A stretch of DNA of 64,000 nt from Yuukianura sp. NJ FZ-2021 (lineage: Eukaryota), in the NCBI GenBank assembly GCA_046563655.1, contig CM102288.1, positions 2,604,001-2,668,000 on the forward strand. The letters run 5' to 3'. The position numbers were made by a program, and so were the translations under genes. The first letter of the stretch is position 1. Every line of letters begins with the position of its first letter. Shown in pieces: positions 12,001-23,960 of this stretch. The notes below the pieces were generated by a model, which was given only the letters and a program-made list of their open reading frames with translations, did no database searches and had not been told where the DNA came from.

Positions 12001-14347
12001 AAAGCTATGCGCACGGGAAGGGAAACAGGTTAGTTTTTTAGCAGTCACATTTTGCCAACACGTAGAAACGCGGTCAAGTCAAACCCATCAAACTTGATTT
12101 TTATGTTCGTGTCATGGGGTCGCATTAACGAAAAATTTCAAATGACGTTCAACAGCGCTAATTTTTTGGAATTTTAACTTTCGAATTGAATTTTGAAATT
12201 GATTTTTTTAAATTAATTGTTTAGGTTCCTAATTTTGTACAAGAGGCTATTACGGCTATAGAGAGCAAAGACGAGAACATGAAGACGGATGGGATTTATC
12301 GAGCTTCAGGAAATTTGAGCCAAGTTCAAAAAATTCGTTTGCAAGTGGACCAGAACAATTTGTCGTGTTTGTACCAAGAGGAGGACGTACACGTTTTAGC
12401 AGGAGCCCTCAAACTATTTTTTAGAGAGATGCGTGAACCCCTTATCCCATCGGATCTCTTCTCAGAGGCTCTCACTGCCACGAGTAAGTTGTCATTTTTT
12501 TCATTCTGCTTTTTCTTTTGTGGAAAACGAAGAGGCTCTTACGAGAAGTACTGGCAGTACAACGTAACTTAACCTTAGCCATCCTCTTGGCAGTAAGGAG
12601 GAAAAGATTGGACCAAAGTACAAGGTTGAATGGATTTCCTATTAAAGTGTCACAGTCGTCAGAGGTGTCAACTTTAGTAACGGTTCGTGGATCTTTGGCG
12701 AGCTCATGGCCTCTACGAGAACGAAAGTGTTTAGAACTTGGTGCTTTTTTGATAGTAGTGCACAATAGAACCAAGGTTGTATCACAAGGGGAACGAATTG
12801 AACAGCATTTTTACTTTTTTGGAAAAAAAGAGAGAGAAAAACTGATGTTCTGCTGAGATTTTTTTCTGTACTAAATTTTTTTGAAGGCTTTTGGTTGAGC
12901 GGTTGTCAATGAGGAGCAGAAGTGATTTGCTAGCAAAAGAAAAATTGATGATGACGAAGGAGATTTTGAAAAAAGAGGAAAAATGACACAAAGCAATTTT
13001 TGTGTTATGTTTTGGTTTTTTAGAGAGGCCAATTTTCTGCACCATTTCGACTGTGCAATTTGCTACGTTTCCTGTTTTTCTGCTGACGTCAAAAGTGTCA
13101 GTTTTCATTTTTTAGTGATTTTGAAAGAAAAAAATTTGAGTGGTTATTCTTTGAAAAAACGAAATGATGCTGCTTTTCCTTTTTTCTGGTTGTACTTTTT
13201 ACTGTTAGGTTCACTTCATTATAAAACTGAAACAGAGAGTTGGTGCAGTTACAGGAAAAAAGTAACTTTTTTGAATGAAAACTCATTTTGAACTGTTTTG
13301 AGTGTAAAGTGATATTTTGTCAATTTTTCCTTCGAAATGACGTACATTTGAAATGAAAAATTGGGCTTGTGATGCAGCATAATTTTTTTTTCTCTCCAAA
13401 ATTGAAAATCTCGATTTCAAATTCATCCTGTTGTACTTTCGGCGGAGGCAGGAAAGGTCTTACTACTTTCCTTTTTGGATAGTTTTATATATGTTTTTGG
13501 AAAATTCATGTTTTTATGTATGTTTTTTTGTCGAAAAAGTTTTGTAATGACAGTGCGTGCAGAGATGTTGGTTCGTGTTTTGAAGTGAAAGTGGGAACTT
13601 GACAGGTTGGATTGAAGTTGGAAAATGAAATCAGAGGGAAAGCGGAGAGGAAAGTTGTTAACCTAATAGAAATTCTGGACTGACTCAGAATTCACTTCCC
13701 TTTGAGAATCGTTTTCATAAGTGTAATTAATCTTTTCAACTTTAATTATTCCTATACTTTCCCTCAAGGTTTTCACTTGAGCACGAGACGGGACAAATTT
13801 TAAGTAATTCTTAATTGATTGAGTTGGGAGAGGCATATTATGATTAAGTGTGGGGTTGAGTGAATTGGGAGTGACGCGGGAACTGTTGCGTCGTAATGAC
13901 CTTGACCTTGAATAGGAATTTGAAAAAGACGGGAATTTTTAGCGAAATTATGCAGAATGGGGAGAATTTTTTGTAAGAATCTCTTTTTATAATTTTTAGA
14001 TACACAGAGCAAGAAGGATAAAATTTCAAAGTTTCGAGACATTGTTGCAAAGCTGGGGAAGCCAAATCGAGCGACGCTGCATGCCCTGCTGAAGCATTTA
14101 CTAAAAGTGTCCGAAGTGAGTGCAAACTAATTAATTAGTATAATGTTAATTTTATAATTAATAATTTTGTTTTTTTTAGTACTCTGAGTACAACCGAATG
14201 CTCATTCCGAATCTCGCCATTGTTTTTGGTCCAACTCTGATGTGGCCGGCAACAGAGTCAGCGAACATGGCTATTGATTTGATGCAGCAGAACTTTGTTA
14301 TTGAAGCACTTCTACTTGATTTCGAACTCATTTTTGAAAAGCGGTGA
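1..14347 (+). CDS. ARHGAP12: Rho GTPase-activating protein, ARHGAP12/15/27/9 family (WW x3, PH, RPEL-like, RhoGAP); 5' part lies outside the window
   Basis: Phase-compatible GT-AG exons: <1-636, 6392-6952, 9446-9550, 9909-10108, 10414-10639, 11116-11304, 11403-11514, 11601-11726, 11973-12028, 12225-12483, 14000-14115, 14180-14347 (TGA). WW: HWAEYMTSEKRFYYYNSLTGATSWKPP. PH: REGILARTKITENGKKVRKNWAQAYVVL. RPEL-like: LKKFFNRRPARESLVKKGIYKDEAVFG. GAP: DGIYRASG (arginine finger), LAGALKLFFREMREPL, NRMLIPNLAIVFGPTL. The symbol denotes the family, not a specific vertebrate paralogue. Confidence 0.93.
1187..1317. repeat. Short degenerate tandem repeat (~40-bp unit, about 3 copies) in a RhoGAP intron
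   Basis: The unit tttt-ggc(g/t)gaattttcttca(ca)(t/c)cttgttcatccatc is repeated with variable T-runs. Confidence 0.8.
4319..4358. mobile_element. Minimal inverted-repeat element (Tc2/pogo-like MITE remnant)
   Basis: Sequence reads TA-CCGTAAATTTCCG-aatagaggta-CGGAAATTTACGG-TA: a perfect 13-bp inverted repeat flanked by TA on both sides. CCGTA ends with TA target sites resemble Tc2-type elements. Confidence 0.45.
8119..8946 (+). CDS. Probable alternative first coding exon of the RhoGAP gene (276 codons, low complexity)
   Basis: A GC-richer open frame inside a RhoGAP intron runs from ATG 8119 to GAG|gttaat at 8946 in phase 0, compatible with the phase-0 acceptors at 9446 and 9909. Confidence 0.6.
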
Positions 14348-14855
14348 AAGTGAAATGACTAACTTTAGAAAAAAATCGGGAGATTCCACATTGTCAAAAT
14401 CAGCGCAAATTACCAAACAACCGCTCCGCCCAGTTGCATTATGCCAAAGAAATTTTTGAAATACGTTTCTTTTGTTCTTTTTTTCTTCTTGTTCCTTAAT
14501 CTTCCTATTTTAGTTAGTAAGAAGTGCCTATTTACTAATGGAAATAGACAACGCAAAATCAGTATGTGATATACAATCACACCGCCTTTCCAACCAAAAG
14601 CAACATAATCTACTAAATAGAAATAATTGCATGCTAAATGCTAATTTAAATTAAAAAAATCTTCGAAATTATTACCAATTTTGAGAAAGTTATTTCGAAC
14701 TTTTGGTGCAATCTGATCATCGCCTCGTTGAGGAATACGTTTTGCATTTTTATATTTTTGGGTAATTTTTTTTTTCAAACAATATTTCTAACTATGCTTT
14801 TGAAATTATTTTTTCGTTGTTTTGATTTTTGTTCTTGTTTTGTTTTAGATTAGTT

Positions 14856-17800
14856 TCATTTGCTGCCTTTTCGAACGCCTTTGGCGTCCCCACCTCCCGT
14901 TCCAGCGTCACCTGAATTCTTCTTACTGCCTTTACGCCCTTTCAAAGCGTTGGCACGACTCGGCTGGCGAGCTGGTGGGGGCGGTGGAGCTTCCTCTGCC
15001 TCTGCTGGAGCTGCCACTGGAGCCACCTCTTCTTCAGCCTCATTAGCCTCATCCGGAACTGGAGCTGGTGGGGCTCCTTGATTCTTCAAGTACTGCTGGA
15101 GATCCAGGATCTCCTGATTGAGATCAACTGGAATGTTGGCATCAGAGAAGAGACGATCAGACCAAAGTGATGGGTCAATGTTCAACGTAGGACGGTAGGC
15201 TTCAACTTGATCCAGCAGTGTATTCGGATAGTCTGGAGAGAAGTACCTGGAAAGAAAGAAGACAGCTTGAGAAAGTTTGGAAGTTGGAGAGTGGTGGTGA
15301 CATTTTGTTGTCGCCTTACTTGACAACTTCTTCAGGGAAGCATTGATTGATGAGCTGTACAAGAAGAAGAAGAAGGTGAAAACTTTTTTTGGTAAGTTTG
15401 GCAGAACTTATTTCCACTTGTACTTTTACTACATGCTGGTAGCTACTACCTGAATGTGTTCTCGTAAAATTGGATCTTCTGTTCCAGGCCCATTGAGGAG
15501 TTGCTGAAGTTTTTGAAGGCCAGAGGACGTGACAAAGGCACGACGAGCAGACGGATCTCGTGGTAGAATCTGCGTTGAGACAGAACAGAACAAATGAACA
15601 GATTCACTTCGATTACCTAACCTAACATCTATGCTGAACATAACTTCCTATGCTACATAACCGAGCTTCGTAGGTTCGCTGTACTCTCTGAGGGGTAAGA
15701 AACTGATCACTCCTGTTTTAAATTCCTTGGGTTGAGTCGTAGTGGCTAAAGGGAAGACTTGACTTTCTGTTTCCAGATAAGTTCTCTGGGTAAACGTGAG
15801 AAACATTTCAAGGAAGAAGATTTGCATGAGGAGATTTAGAGGTTGACAGAAACTACTGGATGCTGGGGACTCTTGGAACTGGAAAGACTAATTTCCCGTA
15901 ATGTAAAACAATTGGATTGGTTGTTTTCACTTGAGCGACAACGAGAAAGTTTTGGTTGTGTCAAGTGAAAGTTTAGTATGGAGGCGTGACTTTCTCTCCA
16001 ACTTGCTACTAACATATATTTTTAAAACTTTGCACGGGAACTCATCATCTACTGCTAACTTCAACAAGCCAATTCCATTTTGCCAAAAACGAAGGAACGT
16101 GTTCAGAATTACCAAAACATCCGGGTACAAATCCAAACACTGTGCTTTAAAAAAGAGAGCAAAAAAGTTTTATGTTTTCTTAAACAAAAACAATTCCCGA
16201 CCGTTCCGGTGTCTCTTTTCTGCGTTTTAACTCTTTTTTAAAAGTTACGAAAGCTTTTGGTTACGAAATCTAGCTTTCGTTTTGTAGAACTTCTTATGAG
16301 AAATTTTGCACAAAAAGTTTAGAAAATCTCAAAAGTTTTAAAAATTTCCACTTTTTGTTTTCAAGTTTTTGTTTCGCAGAATCCAGAAAATGTCTAATTT
16401 GGGAGATACGGCCCTCCATACCGGAAATTCATATGTTGAACCATGCTGTAGATGAATGTAAAAAGGATTTCAACTTCCGTACCACTGTGTATCTCCAACC
16501 TATTGTTTTCGTTTGACCTCATTTCAAAATTCAGAGGCCATAAGTGACAGAGGTCACACCTTCTCTCCTTCCTCTTCCTAAAAATAATTAAAATCCAATT
16601 TCTATTTTCAGCTTAATGGAGGGAGTAACTAAACAACACCAAGAAATGATACACGGAGCTCCCAAGGTGTGTTTTGAACTACTTTTGTCGTGTTAATGAG
16701 CCTCTCCTGTGGATGTCAATTAATTTGTCTCTTTTTGGCGCGTGTTTCTTTCTAGGTGAAAACTGTTAAAGGCGTGTGGTGTTTTCTCTGGGGAAAGTGC
16801 CAGGCGACGACAACCGGAAGTCAGAGGCCACACTACGTCGTGCACGATGCTTTTTACTTTATGTTCCAGAAGTGGGCAAAAACCTAACGTTAAGCGAAGA
16901 CATCTAAAAAGGCTTTCAAACTTTCTAATCAGGGCTGTGCTCGGCCTTCCAGAACGAAAAACCTGTCAGGAGAAGCTGGACACAAGGACATAACCTGGAA
17001 GCAAGTCAAAGTGCGGTCAAGTTTTCAACGTGACATGTGTAGGCGGTTTTCCTGTGGACGTCTATCAAGTGTCAACTGACCTCTGGATTCTGTCTCAAAA
17101 CTTATCGTGACAAGGATCAAGCGAAGTCGGAGTTCCGGAACCAGACTTTTAGAAAAAACGAAACAGCAGAAGCTTTTTTCAAAATTTTGGCTCCTGATTT
17201 CAGGTAAGTTTCAACAAATAATTCCTGTCCAAAAACACTTCACTTTTGCGGTTTTATGACTCATTTGAACATTTGCAATTTGCAAAAATTTTGCAAAAGC
17301 AAACAGCGTCATCCTTCCAAAATCCCAAAATAACTTTACGTAAACTAGAACGCTAGATTTGAACTTTTCGGATTTTGAATTTATTAATAGTCTAACACTT
17401 CAGAGTTCTGAGTTCAGAAATGACTTCAGCGTATGGGAACTTTCAAATTATTCTAATGTTGATGGATGAGCTCGATCGTTAAACTTTAAGTGCTCATGCA
17501 CTCTTTTTTTTCGAAAAACCGAAATCGAAAATTCCAAATTTTGAAAAATTCTTTGAATTCTATCGGTGATCTGTGTACTACCCAAAAAGCGTCATGCGTC
17601 CTCTGGTAATTTTCCATGTTGCGAAAAATTTTTGCACAGAAGTTCAATGTTTCAATTCCAAGTGCCAAAAAAGGCAAACAATGAAATCGAATCAGCAAAC
17701 AATAAAGAGAGATTGACGTACAAAATCACCTGCACTCGTCCTTTTGCAATTTTTTTGCGAATCGAGTGACTAAATTTTTGCGAAACGCACGTAAGTTCAG

Positions 17801-20800
17801 TTTACGTCTCTTATGACCTCTGTAAGTAACATAACGTCAGAAACCGGCAAACGTCAAAACCCTCATGGGTCGTTCGTTAGGCAGTTTCCGTTCTAACAGA
17901 ACCAATTACGCCTTCAATTCATTTTATGTGTCACTTAACTTCCAAAATTTCCCAATTTTTACGGCAAAACCCCAAACATCAATTACATCATCAGCCTTAA
18001 GCGTCAACAACGATTTCAATTTGGAAATGGTCAACATAAAAGTTAATATTTTCATAACTTCATAAAGTTAAACTTTAGATAGTTTTGCAAATAAAAGATT
18101 TTGAGTGGTCCTGTCTGAAGTGGTTTGCACTGGACCAATTTCACAACGATGACAGACACTCAATTTGTTCAAAATTGCTCAATTCAATTGAAAATGCAAA
18201 CAGATCAATCCAATTCTAAAAAGAGCCTTCAAATTTCCAAAAAATAAAAATATAAACCAAGCTGAACTAGTTTTTGAGTCACAGAAATGACGCATTTCCC
18301 TACCACGACCGGTCGTTAGTCGTTCCAATTTCCGAAATAGACAAGAGACAACTCAAAAAAAATTCATGAATTGCACATTGCACGCTTTTCACACGAGCAG
18401 GACACGAACCTAGTTTGAGGTCATGACAAAGTTTGCGTTAACAATTTTTGCAAATTGCAAATTTCAGATTTTCGCAAAGTTTAACTTTTGAGAACCCTTG
18501 AAACGCTGAGTCATTGCATAACAAAAGATGAACAAATTTCAAAATTTGAAGACATTTTCAGAACATATGCCTCCGCCGTGTTCCAAAATCATATACTTTC
18601 AGCACACTGCTAATGAGAATCATGAGCGTCATTAATTGACGTCAGTGGTTAGAACAGTTCCTTCACTTTAGTAAAGCTGATGGTTCCTAACCTAAAAAAA
18701 AAGTGAAGTGGGGAGGATTCGAACACCTAACGTAAGGCAAAACCTTAACATTATCTTAAGGCTTAAGCCATGTGTGAATCCAAGTGTTTCCAAGTGACAG
18801 GACGCTCTTCAGTTCTCCATTACCTTCCAAACACAAAACAGTTTCAGAAGTGTCAAGTACTTCCAGTAGTTCAGTCTACACACAACAGCAGAAGTAGCAG
18901 CGCTAGTTCAGAAAAACCTAACAACACAAGCCACTTTTCAGCCTCAGTTAAGGAAAACCTAGCAGGGGCCCTTGAAGTCTCAGAAAAATCCGGAGGATTT
19001 GATTGGAGCAATTTCCAAAGTGAAACTTTCTACGACTTTTACCAAAAAACGTTCCGGAGAGGAGCCCTTAGCCGCTGTTCCCGCAGTCACCGTCACCTTC
19101 CAAGCCTTGTGACTCTAATCTACTCATACGGCACAAATTCTACTACAAATACTGCCAGTACTTCTCAGAACTCCCGGGATCGTCACCTACCGTCAATAAA
19201 TTGTGCTCTAATACCAATTACTACTTGTGAGGAACCGATATTGAGCACGTCCGTTCCAGCTCCTACTAATAATCGTGACCTTCTGTTCTGTTTCTCCGAG
19301 TCAAATTCTAATTTAAAACGTGCTCCACCTAAATCTCATTCTAGGTCACACTCCACAACACGGTTTTCAAGGAACAACCACCGCCGTGACCGCGACTGTG
19401 GAATACCTTCACCTCATTCTGTTCAAACCGAAATTCAGAACAGAATCTCCTGCCTACACGTCAAGAATCTCACATTTTCAACGGAACCAACTAATTAGCT
19501 GACTTGCATCCGACAGAGGAACAGAAGCGTCAAAAATCGTGACTTTACCACCAGCAGTATCGATTTCAAATTTCGAAAATCTAAAATCAATCCTGTTCTA
19601 ACTCTGGTGTAAGTATCTCGTTTTGAATTTTTTAAGCATCTTTTGAACTTTTTTGAAATTTTTGTGTTTTGGAAATTTTCAGGTTTTTTGAGACAAACTT
19701 TTCAGAATGATGACCTCGCCACTTTCGTCCTACTCTGCCCCAACTGGCGGTTCGTTGAGGTCACCACAACAAGTGACCATCACTTCCCGTCTATCTACTG
19801 CTGCTGCTACTGCTGTCAGTAACGACAAGGACATCGGAAGTATTATTACTACTGCCAGTACTCCGTCCGCCATGAGACAGGAACTGAGTCACCCAATTTC
19901 CTCACTTTCTACAACTCTAGAGAAATGTACAATTGGAAAACAAGTTTCAGTGGACAATGGAAGCCCTCAACCCGTCATTACTCTGACAGCAATTCCGTCA
20001 TCTATTGTCCCACCTTCCGGTGGGACTGCTACTCCGCCCGTCATCACGACGTCAACGGCCTCACTTAAAGAAGTGATGCTTCAGAAGCAAAACAGTCTTG
20101 ACGTACCAAAAGATGACATCAGAAAACTTGCAGTCTATCCGCGCAACAGCTCTTCAACTTCACTAAATGACTAATTTTTTGCTAAAACTTTTTTTTTCAT
20201 TCCAAATTTTAAACCTTAGAAATTCAGCTAACAATCAAATCGTTATTTTAAGGGCGGGGCATCCTGTTGCCAAAATTTGGCAAAAAGCATTTCAAAATAG
20301 CAAACTATTTTGCCAATTCTGAACAAGTTACACAAAAGAGATCCACAAAAGCTAGAATTTGCCAACTCTAGAAGTTATTGTTTAGGAACTCAACAAAAAA
20401 TGTAAACTAAGGATGTGTTGACGCAAATTGAAATTTCGAACTTTGTCGAAACAAGTCGTGGGCTAAGTTTTTGGACTTGAATTGTTAGGCTAATGGCGAT
20501 AATTGTATTGTATAATAAAGCAATTGTGTTTTTCTAGGACCTTAAAGCAATAGAGTGTGAAGTATTTTTCACACGTTTCACTTGGGTGAACTCTATTTGT
20601 TATGACGTTAGAGATGTAACCATTCTTAGAATCTAAAGTTAATGTTTAAACTTAACCTTTAAAATTAAACCTTAGCTTACCTTGGAGTACTGAGCCACGA
20701 CGTACTTCAGAATGTTGGGTGGGGCAGTACTTAGCAGTGGAGCGACGCAATCCAAATCTTCTATTTTGAACAGAAACATTTTCAAGGCCGTTTTTGATTT

Positions 20801-22687
20801 TTCTTTCACTTCGTCACTGCTGCAAGGATCCATGTAGATCTGTTTAAAAAAAAACGAATTTTTAGAAATTTTGATTTTCAAAAATAACATTATTGGATTT
20901 ACATTAAGGATTTTGGGAAGCATTCCACACATGGATACTGATCGAGCATGTTCAGCAGAATGACCTGAAGAAACAAACCAAATCAACGATCAACTAAATG
21001 TTCACTCAATATTTTTCGAAATTTGGTTTGTTCCAAAAAATTTTTTAAATGCAAGATGGGTTTGCATGTCAAATTGTACGAGCGATATGGCCAAGTGCCC
21101 ATGCTGAAGCAGCAGCCACATGTCCGGTGGGACTTCCTGCGTCGTCTAGTGCCATTGACAGTGCGTCGGTTCCCTGTTTCCAAATTTTCAAATTTTAGAA
21201 AAATTTTCAGAAAATTCTAAGCTGAATTTTTTTTTTTGAAAACTATCGCTTTACCTGAGACTGGATAACTGACATAGCCAGTTTGGGATCGTGAGCTGTA
21301 AAAAACGAAATTTCAGTAAAAGCATTGAAATCTAATTCTCCAATTTTTGAAAATTTTAAAAAATAGCGAAAATTTTTAACAATGAAAGTGTTACCAGCGA
21401 TGTAGCCCAAGCACATGATTCCGGGTAGCTTGCCGTCACCTTTGTTCCGGACTATCGTGTTGACCAAAACGCCTAATCCACCGGCTTCCACAACAATCGT
21501 AGCAGTCTTACAAAAAAAATGACAAATTTTAAGACTTTTTTTTTGAAATTTTGAAAGAATTTCAAAAACTTACATCTGGAGTGTGTTTCACAATTTCCCG
21601 GATCAATCCGGCTGCAGCGCGTCGAACATGTTCGTCTGTGTGTCCGCAGTATTTGAGTGCCAATGGAACCACTCCCGCTTCCAGAACAATTTCAGTCATC
21701 TGCAATGAGTGCTTGGCAATACTTCCTAAGCAATTCAGAGCTTGGCGCTGAAAGAAGGTCAAAGGTCAAAGTAAATTTTCATATTTTAGAAAAATTTTCA
21801 CAAAATTCTTTAGCTCTTACTTGAAGTTTTGGATCGCTGGAGTCGAGGGACTTGACCAAATGAAAAATGGCTCCAGAGTCAATGACGGTTTGAGCCGTTT
21901 CAGGTGAATGTTTGCAGACATCGCTTAAAGCGCTTGCAGCGACACCGCGGACACTCACTTCCGGTTCTTGCAGACACAGGATCAAAAGCGGTACAGCTCC
22001 AGCTCCAATGATGCTGTACGCAGACGCCAAGTCGTGGCGAGCGATGTAACCACAAACCCATGCAGCCGCTTCCTAAGTTTTCAAAAAACAAACTCTTACG
22101 TTTAGAAACACAAAATTTCAATCATAGAAATTTCACCTTGACTCCGGGATCAAACTCTTCCAGCGATGCCACGATGAGGTCCAATCCACCAATGTCAATC
22201 ACACTCTTGCTCAACTCGGCCGAATGACGAACGACGCTTCGAATGGCCATGAGAGCAGTTTTCTTCAAGTATTTCTGAAAACAAAAACAAGATAATAAGA
22301 TTTTTGAAAATTTTGTGAAATGTTTCTTACATTTGTTGTATTCATGTTGAAGTAGAGTAGAATCCGAGTAATTTCTTGCTTGATCAACAGTTCAGCGATT
22401 TTCGGATCATGACTAGCCAGACGTCCAAGGCCAAGAGCAGCATTTTGTTGAATCGCTTGTGAACTGTCTGTGAGGAGATTGCGCAGAAGAACAACAGCTC
22501 CTTGTTGAATCAACTGCTGAACACATTCAGGTTTCAGCGACAACTCAGCCACCGTTGCAGCGAAATTGTTTCGCTGAATCCGGTACTGGTCAAAAACTGA
22601 AAAAAAAAGTATCAAATTAGGAAATACTGAAGTAAATTTGAACAATTTGTCAATTCGTATCGTACCCGATTGTATACTTCTTGACAT
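14856..22687 (-). CDS. SPAG6: Sperm-associated antigen 6 (PF16; armadillo-repeat central-pair protein)
   Basis: N-terminus MSRSIQS|VFDQYRIQRNNFAATVAEL; ARM repeats AIQQNAALGLGRLASHD, GAVPLLILCLQEPE, ALNCLGSIAKHS, KLPGIMCLGYIA; C-terminus APPNILKYVVAQYSK|ILPRDPSARRAFVTSSGLQK...LINQCFPEEVVKYFSPDY. Introns are short except 15570-20680. Confidence 0.95.
19707..20174 (+). CDS. Nested Ser/Thr/Pro-rich protein of unknown function (155 aa), antisense within the SPAG6 intron
   Basis: ATG-to-TAA ORF with coding-like GC content. A likely 5'-UTR intron precedes it (donor gtaagt 19609, acceptor ~19682 or 19705), and AATAAA follows at ~20513. Confidence 0.55.
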   Translation: MMTSPLSSYSAPTGGSLRSPQQVTITSRLSTAAATAVSNDKDIGSIITTASTPSAMRQELSHPISSLSTTLEKCTIGKQVSVDNGSPQPVITLTAIPSSIVPPSGGTATPPVITTSTASLKEVMLQKQNSLDVPKDDIRKLAVYPRNSSSTSLND

Positions 22688-22863
22688 AATGACAACGACG
22701 GACAATATCAGTTTTTTGGAAAAGGTCACTCAGCAAAACAGATCAGAGGTCAAGAAAAAAAAATTGCACTAAAAATAGCACAAGAAAAAACGAAATTGGA
22801 AAAGTAAAAAAGAACGAACATGTTTGGCTAAAATTAAAAAAAAAAACTTGTGGTAGTAAAACG

Positions 22864-22877
22864 GTTGTCATGGGAAT
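22864..22877. promoter_or_regulatory. RFX X-box between the divergent SPAG6 and TTC25 genes
   Basis: The minus strand reads ATTCCCATGACAAC, matching the degenerate X-box consensus RTHNYYWTRRNRAC, about 180 bp upstream of the SPAG6 ATG. Confidence 0.65.
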
Positions 22878-23350
22878 GTCATCTTTTTCAAATTCTTGAA
22901 TTAATAATTAATTCAATGTGTGAATTAGTGAATTTTTTTTGAGAGTTCATATGTTTGATTTATACAATAATAAGTGTTTCAATATTACTTGCTGTTTGTG
23001 AGTTCAGGCCCGAAGAGTTTTCCTCTCTGCCGTTCCCGAGTTATGAATTTTCAAAGTTTTCAAAATTTGAATTTTAGTTTTCATTTTTTTTAGTGTTAGA
23101 AAATACTTCATGTTTTTCTGGCTCGAAGAGTTTAGCTTCCTGTCGCTTTCCATTCCAAAGTTATGATTTTTCGAAGTGTTTGATTTTTTGAAATTTTCCG
23201 AAAGAGATTTCACATACTACCTCAATGCTAAAATTTGGCGAGAACAACTCGTGATAGAATAAAATAAATTTTTTTTATTCTGAAAAAAAGTTAATAATTT
23301 TGACGCCATATGAAAAATTAGTTAGTTTAGAATAAATCAAAATGTAAAAA

Positions 23351-23652
23351 CTAATCCTGACTTTTTCCAAAAGTCCTTCTGGAGAAAGTTAGAAGGTGTG
23401 ACGCTATTTTGAAAAATCAATATTTTGGAATTTTATAAATTTCCATAAAAAAGGAAGATGCACTTTAGTGAATTTGTTAGCCTAATCCTGACTTTTTCCA
23501 AAAGTCCTTCTGTAGAAAGTTATTAGGTGTGCAGCTGTTTTTAAAAATCAATATTTTGGAATTTTATAAATTTCCATAAAAAAGGAAGATGCACTTTAGT
23601 GAATTTGTTAGCCTAATTCTGACTTTTTCCAAAAGTCCTTCTGTAGAAAGTT
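23351..23652. repeat. Tandem repeat, 131-bp period, ~2.3 copies
   Basis: The unit beginning ctaat(c/t)ctgactttttccaaaagtccttct starts at 23351, 23482 and 23613. Confidence 0.9.
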
Positions 23653-23960
23653 TCTGGTAAAGAGTTTCTATCCCTTTCCGTTTCCTTTTCGCTGGTTTCT
23701 CTCCAGGTAGACATAATACTGCTGCTAAGGGTTTTTATGAGTTTTCAGTGAAATTTTCACGTTTGTTTGTTTGGACAAAAGTTTGTTATGAAAACTGTTT
23801 GGACAAAAAATGTAGAAAAAAAGGACAGATCCGGAACAAATCAAGCAAAATAATTTTAAACAACACGATTGTAAAGTTTTCTTTTTATTTTTAACTTTTG
23901 ACAATTTTTTTCAAAATTAAAATTTAGTACAACCTGCAGTAACTTCTGATCTGAGTCAAA

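Noticed and set aside
12518..12856. ORF in the long RhoGAP-domain intron as a possible mutually exclusive exon
   Set aside because: It shows no similarity to the GAP helix encoded at 14000-14115, and 12483 splices in frame to 14000.
18694..18772. tRNA-like signal on the minus strand (weak box A, GTTCGAATCC box B, T-run)
   Set aside because: The T-arm and acceptor stems do not pair and no cloverleaf forms. At most it is a decayed tRNA-derived SINE.
18770..19498. 242-aa + strand ORF in the SPAG6 intron
   Set aside because: It has no recognisable motif and stops before the 19609 donor, so it is more plausibly 5'-UTR or leader of the nested gene. It is not fully excluded.
23351..23652. CRISPR-like array
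   Set aside because: The units are contiguous and near-identical, with no unique spacers and no cas genes, in a eukaryotic context.
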